A stretch of 26,996 nt of DNA, taken from positions 1-26,996 of the forward strand of contig DATCQF010000013.1 of NCBI GenBank assembly GCA_036569735.1, read 5' to 3'. Position numbers and translations under genes: made by a program. Source of the DNA: Stellaceae bacterium. Its GTDB lineage: Bacteria; Pseudomonadota; Alphaproteobacteria; ATCC43930; CGMCC-115725. The notes below the pieces were generated by a model, which was not told the origin of the DNA, made no database searches, and saw nothing but the letters and a program-made list of their open reading frames with translations. Shown here in pieces: positions 6,977-15,244 of the stretch. Position 1 is the first letter of the stretch, and each line of letters opens with the position of its first letter.

Positions 6977-8146
6977 ATGACCGGGTGCATCGTCGGGTGG
7001 GCGCATACCAGGTTCGGCAAGCATGACGGGCGCGACGTCGAATCGCTGATCGTCGAGGTGGCGCAGGGGGCGCTCGCCGATGCCGGGGTGGCTGCGGCGG
7101 ACATCGACCAGGTCTTTCTCGGCACGATGAACGGCGGCTTTGTGAAGCAGGAGTTTCCCGCCTCGCTGGTGTTCCAGGCCGACCCGGGGTTCCGCTTTAA
7201 GCCGGCGACCCGGGTCGAGAACGCCTGCGCCACCGGCTCGGCGGCGATCCACATGGGGCTCAACACGATCGCCGCCGGGAAGGCCCGCCTCGTCCTCGTC
7301 GTCGGGGTCGAGAAGATGACCGAGGTCGGCGGCGCCGAGGTCAATGATCTCCTGCTGCGCGCCTCCTACCGCAAGGAGGAGGACCAGATCGAGGGCGGCT
7401 TTGCCGGGATTTTCGGCCAGATCGCGCAGAAATACTTCCAGCGCTACGGCGACCAGTCGGACGCGCTGGCGCGGATCGCCGCGAAGAACCACAAGAACGG
7501 CGTCGCCAACCCCCTGGCCCAGATGCGCCGCGATCTGGGCTATGAGTTCTGCCGGACCGTCTCCGACAAGAACCCGCTGGTCGCCGGCCCCTTGAAGCGC
7601 ACCGACTGCTCGCTTGTGTCCGACGGGGCGGCGGCGGTGGTGCTGGCCGATACCCAGACCGCGCTGTCGATGAAAAAGGCGGTGGCGTTCCGCGCCGCCG
7701 AGCAGGTCAACGATTTCCTGCCGATGAGCCGGCGCGATATTCTTGCCTTTGAAGGCCCGGCGCTGGCCTGGAAACGGGCGCTCGGTGCCGCAAGGCTCAG
7801 CCTTGACGACCTCGACCTCGTCGAGACCCACGATTGCTTCACGATCGCCGAACTCATTGAATACGAGGCGATGGGCCTCACCCCCAAAGGCGAGGGCGCG
7901 CGCGCGATCCTCGAAGGCTGGACCGAGAAGGACGGGAAATTACCGGTCAATCCGTCGGGCGGGCTCAAGTCAAAGGGCCACCCGGTCGGCGCGACCGGCG
8001 TCTCGATGCATGTGCTGGCCTCGATGCAGCTGATCGGCGAGGCCGGCGACATGCAGATCCCGGGCGCCAGGCTCGCCGGGATTCTCAATATGGGCGGCGC
8101 CGCGGTAGCCAATTTCGTCAGCATCCTCGAACCGCTGCGCAGCTGA
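6977..8146 (+). CDS. Thiolase-family protein (acetyl-CoA acetyltransferase, SCP2-thiolase type), 389 aa
   Basis: ENACATGSAA (catalytic Cys), GVEKMT, CSLVSDGAAA, ETHDCFTIAE, NPSGGLKSKGHPVGATG and NMGG. Confidence 0.92.
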   Translation: MTGCIVGWAHTRFGKHDGRDVESLIVEVAQGALADAGVAAADIDQVFLGTMNGGFVKQEFPASLVFQADPGFRFKPATRVENACATGSAAIHMGLNTIAAGKARLVLVVGVEKMTEVGGAEVNDLLLRASYRKEEDQIEGGFAGIFGQIAQKYFQRYGDQSDALARIAAKNHKNGVANPLAQMRRDLGYEFCRTVSDKNPLVAGPLKRTDCSLVSDGAAAVVLADTQTALSMKKAVAFRAAEQVNDFLPMSRRDILAFEGPALAWKRALGAARLSLDDLDLVETHDCFTIAELIEYEAMGLTPKGEGARAILEGWTEKDGKLPVNPSGGLKSKGHPVGATGVSMHVLASMQLIGEAGDMQIPGARLAGILNMGGAAVANFVSILEPLRS

Positions 8147-8277
8147 CCCGGCGCCCGGCATCGGTAAACTCCGCGTTCTCGCCAAATTCGTCTCAACTTC
8201 GCGGGATAAAACCGGACACACGGGGATCAATCAGCGCCTCCCGGCGTTTGTGGCAGCGGCCGGCTGGGGGGCGAGGA

Positions 8278-8604
8278 ATGGGTAGGCTCGGAGTAGACAC
8301 CCGCAGTATCGCAGCGGTGCGGCGGCGGGGGCAGATCATCCAGCGGATACTGGTCGACGGCTGGAGCCCGGCCGAAGCCGCCGCTTTCCTTGGCGTCGAG
8401 GAGCGGCAAGTGGTTCAGTGGGTCGCCGCCTACCGCCGGGACGGCATGGCGAGCCTGCGCGGCGAGGCCGCATCGGGGCGCGCGCCGCGCCGCTGGGTGC
8501 GCCGGCTGCGCGCGATGATGGCGCGAATCTTCAGGCTGCGCGGCCGGAAGCCTGCTCCCTGCGTCGAGCTGCGGCGCGGGGATGAGAGAAGCGCTCGGCG
8601 CTGA
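8278..8604 (+). CDS. Small helix-turn-helix protein resembling the IS481-family transposase N-terminal domain, without a catalytic core (108 aa)
   Basis: RILVDGWSPAEAAAFLGVEERQVVQWVAAYRRDGMASL follows the GWS.A.AA..FGVS......W..RYR..G...L pattern. GAGGA precedes ATG 8278. Confidence 0.65.
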   Translation: MGRLGVDTRSIAAVRRRGQIIQRILVDGWSPAEAAAFLGVEERQVVQWVAAYRRDGMASLRGEAASGRAPRRWVRRLRAMMARIFRLRGRKPAPCVELRRGDERSARR

Positions 8605-8719
8605 ACCACCCGCCCGGCCCCTCTGGAACTGAAAACGCAACTGCGCCATAGTGTTGCCCGGCCGGCCGCCCTCTGTCCCGGCGAGGGCGCTGCGCGGATG
8701 GGGGGATATGGGGGACATC

Positions 8720-9586
8720 ATGATCGCCCGGCGGGCGCTGTTGGCGCTTGCCGCCGGCATTGTCGCGAGCGCCGGGGCGGATTGCCTCTGGCCGATCCGC
8801 CCGGCCATGGCCCTGCAGTCCACGGGCTCGTCCCGTGCGGCTCACCGGCCGGGTGAAAAGGGGCCGCTCCATTCTCATAAGCCGCCGCACCCCCGAAAGC
8901 GGCCCCGCGTGATCGCAGTCGATCCCGGTCACGGCGGGATCGATCCCGGGGCGATCAGCCCGCACCGGATCTATGAAAAGGACATAACCCTCCCGGCCGC
9001 GCGCGAACTGGCGCGCCAGCTCGATGCGACCGGCCGCTATCGCCCCGTGCTGACCCGGCGCGGCGATGTTTTCGTGCCGTTGCGCCGGCGCGTCGCGCGG
9101 GCGCGGGCGGACCGGGCCGACCTGTTTTTGTCGATCCACGCCGATGCGTTGCCTGACAGCGCGATCCACGGATTGTCGGTCTACACCTTGTCGAACGAGG
9201 CCTCCGACCGCGCCACCGCGGCGCTCGCCATTCGCGAGAACAGGGATGATTTCATCGCCGGGGTTCGCCTGTCGCATCAGCCTCGCGAGATCGGCGCGAT
9301 CCTTTTCGACCTGGCCCGCCGCCAGACCAATAATCTGTCGCTGACCCTGGCGCACGCCATCGTCGCGGAGCTCGGCCGCGCCGTGCCGCTCCTCGAAAAG
9401 CCGCATCGCGAGGCAGGGTTTGCCGTGCTGAGCGCACCCGACCTGCCCTCGGCGCTGGTCGAGCTCGGCTGCCTGTCCAACCCCGAGGAGGAACGGTTAT
9501 TGCGCCAACGCGGCTATCAGCAGCTGCTCGCGCGCGGGCTGACGCAGGCAATCGACGATTATTTCGCCGCCCGGGTCACCACCTGA
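8720..9586 (+). CDS. N-acetylmuramoyl-L-alanine amidase (Amidase_3 domain) with a twin-arginine signal peptide
   Basis: Zn/catalytic motifs DPGHGG, EK, SIHAD and LVELGCLSN. N-terminus ARRALL...PAMA. An alternative ATG lies at 8708. Confidence 0.9.
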   Translation: MIARRALLALAAGIVASAGADCLWPIRPAMALQSTGSSRAAHRPGEKGPLHSHKPPHPRKRPRVIAVDPGHGGIDPGAISPHRIYEKDITLPAARELARQLDATGRYRPVLTRRGDVFVPLRRRVARARADRADLFLSIHADALPDSAIHGLSVYTLSNEASDRATAALAIRENRDDFIAGVRLSHQPREIGAILFDLARRQTNNLSLTLAHAIVAELGRAVPLLEKPHREAGFAVLSAPDLPSALVELGCLSNPEEERLLRQRGYQQLLARGLTQAIDDYFAARVTT

Positions 9587-9629
9587 TCCTCGGTTGGGCC
9601 GATTGCGCCGGGCGCGCAGGTCGGCCTAG

Positions 9630-9643
9630 TGTCGTCTCAGACA
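9630..9643. promoter_or_regulatory. Candidate operator TGTC-N6-GACA upstream of the aldolase/ABC operon
   Basis: TGTCGTCTCAGACA contains both TGTC/GACA and GTCT/AGAC inverted pairs and abuts an AT-rich GCTATTTAAA -10-like stretch. It loosely resembles GntR-family sites. Confidence 0.3.
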
Positions 9644-9668
9644 TGCTATTTAAAGATGGAGAATACCG

Positions 9669-10451
9669 ATGAGTCTGGTTGAACCGACGCGCCAGCGCAG
9701 CGCCGCCGATGCGGCCCGGTGGCAGGCGCGGGTCGATCTTGCCGCCGCGCACCGCCTTGCGGTCACCCACGGGTTCAGCGAAGGCATCTTCAACCATTTT
9801 ACATCAGCGGTGCCCGGGACCGACGATCGCTACTACCAGATCCCGTTCGGGCTGCACTGGTCGGAGGTCACCGCGAGCGCGCTGATGGAGGTCGGCTATG
9901 ACGGCTCGGTGCTGCGCGGGGAGGGTGAGGTCGAGGCCTCGGCCTTCTGCATCCACGCGCCGATCCATCGCTTGATCCCGAGGCACGCCTGCGTCCTGCA
10001 CACCCACATGCCTTTTGCCAGCGCGCTCGCCCGTCTCGAAGACCCGCGCCTCCTCGCGCTCGGCCAGACCGAGATCGGCTTTCTCGACATCGTCGCCTAT
10101 GACGAGGAATACGCGGGGATCGCCTTCGATCCGGCCGAGGGCGAGCGGCTGGCGCGGGTGCTGGGCCCCGATCGCGCGGTGCTGGTGATGGCCAATCACG
10201 GCGTCATCGTCTGCGGCGAGACGGTCGCGGAAGCTTATGACCGCCTCTATTACTTCGAGCGCGCCTGCCAGGTGCAGCTCTATGCGATGTGGACCGGGCG
10301 GCCGCTGAAGGAGGTGCCGCCGTCGATCGTGGAGCGCACCTTGCGGCAATACGCCGACTCGCCGGTTTATGGCGGGAAATCGGCCGCCGAGCACCATTTC
10401 GCCGCGCTGAAGCGTCTCCTCGACCGCACCGAGCCGGATTACGCGGATTGA
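9669..10451 (+). CDS. Class II aldolase/adducin-family metalloprotein (260 aa)
   Basis: RVDLAAAHRL, EGIFNHFT, IHAPIH, LHTH, MANHGVIVCG and YYFERACQVQ. Confidence 0.88.
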   Translation: MSLVEPTRQRSAADAARWQARVDLAAAHRLAVTHGFSEGIFNHFTSAVPGTDDRYYQIPFGLHWSEVTASALMEVGYDGSVLRGEGEVEASAFCIHAPIHRLIPRHACVLHTHMPFASALARLEDPRLLALGQTEIGFLDIVAYDEEYAGIAFDPAEGERLARVLGPDRAVLVMANHGVIVCGETVAEAYDRLYYFERACQVQLYAMWTGRPLKEVPPSIVERTLRQYADSPVYGGKSAAEHHFAALKRLLDRTEPDYAD

Positions 10452-10488
10452 TACCTTCGCCGGGATGACATCTTGGGTGGGGGCCAAA

Positions 10489-12009
10489 ATGACAATCCGT
10501 AAGTTGCTGCTCACCGCCGCCTGCCTGCTGATCGCAGCACTCCTCGCCGGGGGCGCTTCGGCGCAGACCCTGCGCATCGGGCTCGGCGACGACCCGGATT
10601 TGCTCGACCCGGCGCTATCACGCCTTTTTTCGGGCGCTAACGTTATTGTCCCGATGTGCGACAGGCTGATTGACATCTCGCCCGAACTCGATCTCGTACC
10701 GCAACTCCCCACCGAATGGCAGTGGACCGACGCCAACAAGGGCCTGGTCATCAAATTGCGGCAGGGGGTCAAGTTTCAAGACGGCGAGAAACTCGACGCC
10801 GCTGCGGTCAAGTTCAACATCGAGCGCTATCAGACGCTGCCAGGCTCCAACCGCAAGGCCGAGATCAGCGCGATCAGCGAGGTTCAGATCGTCGACGATC
10901 ACACGGTGAAGCTCGTGCTCTCGGCGCCGTTCGCGCCGCTCTTGAGCCAGCTGGCGAACTGGGCCGGCATGATGGTGTCGCCCAAGGCGGCCCGGGAGGC
11001 AGGGGAGAATTTCGCCGCCCATCCGGTTTGCGCCGGTCCGTTCAAATTCGGCCAGCGGGTCGCGCAGGACCGCCGCATCGTGCTCGAACGTTTCGCGGAT
11101 TACTGGAACAAGGATGCGATCCACTTCGACCGGATCATTTTTCTGCCGATGCCGGATTCGACCGTGCGGCTCGCCAATGTGCGGTCGGGCGGGCTCGACC
11201 TGACTTTCATGGCCGCCACCGATCTCGTCGAGGCCAGGATGGACCGCCGGCTTAAGCTGGCCGGCAGCCCCGGGCTCGGCTATCAGGGGATCTACATCAA
11301 TCTCAACAACGGGCCGCGCGCGAAGAACCCGCTCGGACAGGATGCCCGGGTGCGCGAGGCGCTCGAATTGTCGATCGACCGTGTCGCCTTGAACGATGTT
11401 GTTTTTGACGGCGTGCACGAACCGGGCAACCAATGGGTGGCCCCGGGCAATCCCTATTACGTCAAGTCATTGCCGATCCCGGGCCGCGATCTCGCCAGGG
11501 CGAAGCAATTGCTGGCCGAGGCGAACGTGACCAACCCGAGCATAAATTTTCTGGCGCTGGCTTCTCCAGTGCCTCTGCAGGCGGCGCAGGTGATCCAGGC
11601 GATGGCACGCGAGGCCGGGTTCGCCATCAAGATCCAGGCAACCGAGATGGCCGCGTACATCGACCTCCAGGTCAAGGGCGAGTTCGAGGCTATGTTGTGG
11701 GGCTGGAGCGGCAAAATCGACCCCCACGGCAATATCTACAATCTTTTGTCGTGCACAGCGCCCCGAGCTTATAACTTCGTGGGGTACTGCAACCCTGACG
11801 TCAACCGCGAACTCGATGCGGCGCGCCTGGTCGAAGCGCCGGCCGAGCGGCTCCAGCATTACGCCAAGGTCGCCGAACATGTCCTCGCCGACCGGCCGAT
11901 CATCTACCTGTGGCACGGCAAATTCCTCTACGCGATGAACCCCAAGCTCACCGGGTTCACGCCTTACCCGGATGGGGTTATTCGGTTCCAAGGGATGCGG
12001 ATGCAGTAG
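10489..12009 (+). CDS. ABC transporter substrate-binding protein, family 5 (Dpp/Opp/Nik), diverged paralog 1 (506 aa)
   Basis: Signal peptide ending ASA|QTLRIG; DGEKLDAAAVKFNIER, CAGPFKF, RVREALELSIDR. ATG at 10489. Confidence 0.92.
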   Translation: MTIRKLLLTAACLLIAALLAGGASAQTLRIGLGDDPDLLDPALSRLFSGANVIVPMCDRLIDISPELDLVPQLPTEWQWTDANKGLVIKLRQGVKFQDGEKLDAAAVKFNIERYQTLPGSNRKAEISAISEVQIVDDHTVKLVLSAPFAPLLSQLANWAGMMVSPKAAREAGENFAAHPVCAGPFKFGQRVAQDRRIVLERFADYWNKDAIHFDRIIFLPMPDSTVRLANVRSGGLDLTFMAATDLVEARMDRRLKLAGSPGLGYQGIYINLNNGPRAKNPLGQDARVREALELSIDRVALNDVVFDGVHEPGNQWVAPGNPYYVKSLPIPGRDLARAKQLLAEANVTNPSINFLALASPVPLQAAQVIQAMAREAGFAIKIQATEMAAYIDLQVKGEFEAMLWGWSGKIDPHGNIYNLLSCTAPRAYNFVGYCNPDVNRELDAARLVEAPAERLQHYAKVAEHVLADRPIIYLWHGKFLYAMNPKLTGFTPYPDGVIRFQGMRMQ

Positions 12010-12036
12010 CCGTCGGGCCCAATTTAGGAGGCGGAG

Positions 12037-13551
12037 ATGAGTCAGCCTAAGGCGCTGCTGGCGGCGTTTCTGCTGGTCGCGTCGCTTGTCGCCGGGGGCG
12101 CTTCGGCGCAGACGCTGCGCATCGGGCTGGCCGAGGACCCGGATGTGCTCGACCCGACCTTGGCGCGCACCTTTGTCGGGCGCATCGTCTTCGCCTCGTT
12201 GTGCGACAAGCTGGTCGATATCTCGCCCGAACTCGACATCGTGCCCCAACTCGCCACCGAATGGCAGTGGACCGACGCCAACCGGGCCCTCGTCATGAAG
12301 CTGCGCCCCGGCGTCAAATTCCACGACGGCGAGCCGTTCGACGCCGCCGCGGTCAAGTTCAGCATCGAGCGCCACCTGAACCTGCCGGGCTCCACCCGAA
12401 AAGCCGAGATCAGCGCGGTCAATGAGGTCCAGGTCGTCGACGACCACACGGTCAAGTTCGTGCTGTCGGCGCCGTTCGCGCCGCTCTTGGCGCAATTGAG
12501 CGACCGCGCCGGGATGATGGTGTCGCCCAAGGCGGCCAAGTTGGGCGCCGAGTTCGGCAACCACCCGGTCTGCGCCGGGCCCTATAAATTCGTCGAGCGG
12601 GTGGCGCAGGACCGCATCGTGTTCGAGCGCTTCGCCGATTACTGGAACAAGGATGCGGTGCATTTCGACCGCATCACCTTTCTGCCGATCACCGATTCGA
12701 CGGTGCGGTTGGCCAATCTGCAATCGGGCGGGCTCGATCTGATCGAGCGCGTCGCCGCCACCGATCTCGACCAGGCGCGCCAGGACCCGCGCATCAAGAC
12801 AGCCGACATCACCGGGCTCGGCTATACCGGGCTGACGATCAACCTTAACAACGGCCCCCGCGCTAAAACCCCGCTCGGCCAGGATGCGCGGGTACGCGAG
12901 GCGCTCGAGTTGTCGATCGACCGGGCCGCATTGAACCAGGTCGTCTTCAACGGCATGTTCCAGCCGGGCAACCAGTGGGTCCCGCCGAACAACCCCTATT
13001 ATGTCAAGGGGATGCCCATCCCGGCCCGCGACGTCGCCAAGGCAAAAGCGCTGCTGGCCGCCGCCGGAGCGCCGAACCCGACCGTCAACCTGATGGTGTC
13101 GACCGAGCCCGAGCCGTTGCGCGCCGCGCAGGTCATCCAGGCGATGGCCGGCGAGGCGGGCTTTACCATCAACATCCAGGCGACCGAGTTCACGTCATCG
13201 TTGCAACTCGCCACGAACGGCGAGTTCGAGGCCTATCTGATCGGCTGGAGCGGGCGCACCGACCCCGACGGGAACCTCTATAATTTTGTCGCGTGCAAGG
13301 CGCCGCCGGCGCTGAACTCGCCGCACTATTGCAACGCCGCAGTCGATGCCGAGCTCGATGCCGCGCGCACCGCCGCGACGCCCGCCGAGCGGCTCCAACA
13401 TTACGCCAAGGTCGCCGAGCACACCCTCGCCGACCGGCCGCTGATCTATCTGTGGCACGCGAAATGGCTCTACGCGATGAATAAGAAACTCGCCGGCTTC
13501 ACCCCCTACCCCGACGGCCTCATCCGCCCGCAGGGGATCAGGATGGAGTAG
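12037..13551 (+). CDS. ABC transporter substrate-binding protein, family 5, paralog 2 (504 aa)
   Basis: Strong AGGAGG RBS. Signal peptide, TFVGRIVFASLCDKL, DRAGMMVSP, GWSGRTDPDGN. Colinear with paralog 1. Confidence 0.93.
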   Translation: MSQPKALLAAFLLVASLVAGGASAQTLRIGLAEDPDVLDPTLARTFVGRIVFASLCDKLVDISPELDIVPQLATEWQWTDANRALVMKLRPGVKFHDGEPFDAAAVKFSIERHLNLPGSTRKAEISAVNEVQVVDDHTVKFVLSAPFAPLLAQLSDRAGMMVSPKAAKLGAEFGNHPVCAGPYKFVERVAQDRIVFERFADYWNKDAVHFDRITFLPITDSTVRLANLQSGGLDLIERVAATDLDQARQDPRIKTADITGLGYTGLTINLNNGPRAKTPLGQDARVREALELSIDRAALNQVVFNGMFQPGNQWVPPNNPYYVKGMPIPARDVAKAKALLAAAGAPNPTVNLMVSTEPEPLRAAQVIQAMAGEAGFTINIQATEFTSSLQLATNGEFEAYLIGWSGRTDPDGNLYNFVACKAPPALNSPHYCNAAVDAELDAARTAATPAERLQHYAKVAEHTLADRPLIYLWHAKWLYAMNKKLAGFTPYPDGLIRPQGIRME

Positions 13552-13552
13552 A

Positions 13553-13975
13553 TCAGCAGCCGATAACCTCGATATGGCCGGCATCGGAATAGGTCGTTAA
13601 CTCACCGTTCCGGGTGATGACCGAATAACCGAATGCCCGTGCCGTGGAGGCAATGATGCGATCGGCCGGGTCACGTGGCGGCGAACCCGGTAGGAGGTTG
13701 GACGTAATCAGTACGCTGGGCGGCATAGGCGCGAGCCGTACACCCGGCCACTCCAAAAGAGCGTCGAACCATGCCTCCGGCTCCAGGGTCAGCCGGATCC
13801 GGCCGCGCGTCATTAGCATACTGATTTCCTAGGCGGAAATCGGCGAAACAAAGACGCCCAAATTGTGCGTTTGTGCGGTTGAAATCGCTGCCCGGCTCTG
13901 AGGGGTCATGATGTCCCCGTTCATCAGCCAAATTGCCGCGCAGGTGTCGAGGAGCACCGGGCGGGGTAAGTTCAG
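13553..13975 (-). pseudogene. vapC: VapC/PIN-family toxin interrupted by an in-frame TAG at 13829-13831
   Basis: ORF-track ORFs 13829..14059 and 13553..13819 share one frame and join to VLLDTCAAIWL...VSPISA*EISML...RDPADRIIASTAR...ITRN...GHIEVIGC. The stop falls at the usual Trp of SPISAWEI. Start is CTG 13975 (overlapping the antitoxin TGA) or GTG 13957. Confidence 0.85.
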
Positions 13976-14229
13976 GTCTCGGCCTCCCAGCGTTCCCCGG
14001 TGGGCTGGGTGAGATCGGTCCCAGGCGCTATTCTGACGCTCCCGCGCATGGCCCCCCACAGCTCAGTAGGCGTGTGCTCGATTGGCACGATTGCCGCCAC
14101 TGGACGATTGTGCTTCATCAACACGACTCGACGCGTCTTGCCCCGCGCGACATCATCGATGAGCGCTAGGCATTGCGCCTTGAACGCGGTAACGCCAATA
14201 GTTGTTTCTTCGGTCGGATCTGCTGCCAT
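13972..14229 (-). CDS. Phd/YefM-family antitoxin (85 aa)
   Basis: IGVTAFKAQCLALIDDV...VVLMKHNRPVAAIVPI matches the Phd/YefM N-terminal pattern; lies directly upstream of a PIN gene. Confidence 0.88.
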   Translation of the reverse strand: MAADPTEETTIGVTAFKAQCLALIDDVARGKTRRVVLMKHNRPVAAIVPIEHTPTELWGAMRGSVRIAPGTDLTQPTGERWEAET

Positions 14230-14240
14230 CGGCCAAGTCC

Positions 14241-14282
14241 CTTATTGTGGCCCATAATAAGCAGACCAGTTTGCCTCGGCAA
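14241..14282 (-). promoter_or_regulatory. TA operon promoter TTGCCG-N17-TATTAT overlapped by a 21-nt imperfect palindrome (candidate antitoxin operator)
   Basis: On the minus strand, -35 at 14282-14277 and -10 at 14259-14254. The palindrome CTTATTGTGG-C-CCATAATAAG (14241-14261) covers the -10 and predicted start region. Confidence 0.65.
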
Positions 14283-14302
14283 GAGGTAATGGCCTGGTGT
14301 CG

Positions 14303-15244
14303 ATGACCTCCTTCCTGCTCCGCCGCCTCGCGCTCGTCGTGCCGACGTTGTTTTTCGTGTCGGTGCTGATCTTCGGGCTGCAGCAATTGTTGCCGGGCGA
14401 TCCGGCGCTGGCGCTGGCCGGCGAGGAGCGCGACCCCGCGGTCATCGCGTTCCTGCGCGAGAAGTATCATCTCGACGAGCCGTTGCCGGTGCGCTACGCG
14501 CTGTGGGTCGAGGGGGTCATGCGGGGCGATCTCGGCGAGTCGATCCGCATCAAGCGCCCGGTGCTCGATCTCGTCCTCGAAAAACTGCCGGTGACCGGCG
14601 AACTGGCGCTGTTCGCGATGCTGTTCGCGATAGTGATCGGGGTGCCGGCCGGCATCCTCGCGGCGGTAAAAAACAACACCGCGATCGATTACGGGGCGAC
14701 GATGGCGGCCTTGTGGGGCCTCTCGATCCCCAATTTCTGGCTCGGCATACTCCTTATCCTGTTGTTTTCGGTCGAGCTCGGCTGGCTGCCTGCCTCGGGC
14801 TTCGTCAGCCCCGCAGAAAGCCTCAGGCAAAACCTGCTGACGCTCCTCATGCCGGCCTTCGTGCTCGGCAATGCATTGGCCGCGGCGCTGATGCGGCACA
14901 CGAGGAGCGGGATGCTGCAGGTGCTGTCGGCCGATTATGTGCGCACCGCGCGCGCCAAGGGTCTCACCGAGCGCCGCGTCGTGTTGCGCCACGCGCTGCG
15001 CAACGCGCTGGTGCCGGTCATCACGCTGGGCGCGCTCGAATTCGGCGGCCTCATGTCGGGCGCGGTCTTGACCGAGCAGGTGTTCACGATCCCCGGCTTT
15101 GGCAAGCTGATCGTCGATGCGGTGTTCAACCGCGATTACGCCGTCGTGCAGGGCGTCGTCCTCGTTACCGCGCTCGCCTACATCGTCATGAACCTCCTGG
15201 CCGATGTGGCTTATGTCCTGGTCAATCCGAGGCTGCGCGGGTGA
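14303..15244 (+). CDS. ABC transporter permease, DppB/OppB type (313 aa)
   Basis: LLPGDPA, YHLDEPLPVRY, GDLGES, SIPNFWLG and the EAA loop DYVRTARAKGLTERRVVLRHALRNA. An alternative GTG lies at 14297. Confidence 0.93.
   Translation: MTSFLLRRLALVVPTLFFVSVLIFGLQQLLPGDPALALAGEERDPAVIAFLREKYHLDEPLPVRYALWVEGVMRGDLGESIRIKRPVLDLVLEKLPVTGELALFAMLFAIVIGVPAGILAAVKNNTAIDYGATMAALWGLSIPNFWLGILLILLFSVELGWLPASGFVSPAESLRQNLLTLLMPAFVLGNALAAALMRHTRSGMLQVLSADYVRTARAKGLTERRVVLRHALRNALVPVITLGALEFGGLMSGAVLTEQVFTIPGFGKLIVDAVFNRDYAVVQGVVLVTALAYIVMNLLADVAYVLVNPRLRG

Noticed and set aside
8150-8720. Complete IS481 insertion sequence
   Set aside because: No DDE domain in any frame, no recognisable terminal inverted repeats or target duplication, and the region is too short.
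13829-13831. Amber recoding (pyrrolysine or programmed readthrough) of the toxin TAG
   Set aside because: There are no pyl genes in the window, neighbouring genes use TAG as a normal stop, the position is a family Trp one transition away, and a second likely lesion (D to N) is present.
14503-15240. Apparent 541-aa permease with a long N-terminal extension
   Set aside because: The extension is an off-frame read through the first permease; the real start is the GTGA overlap at 15241.
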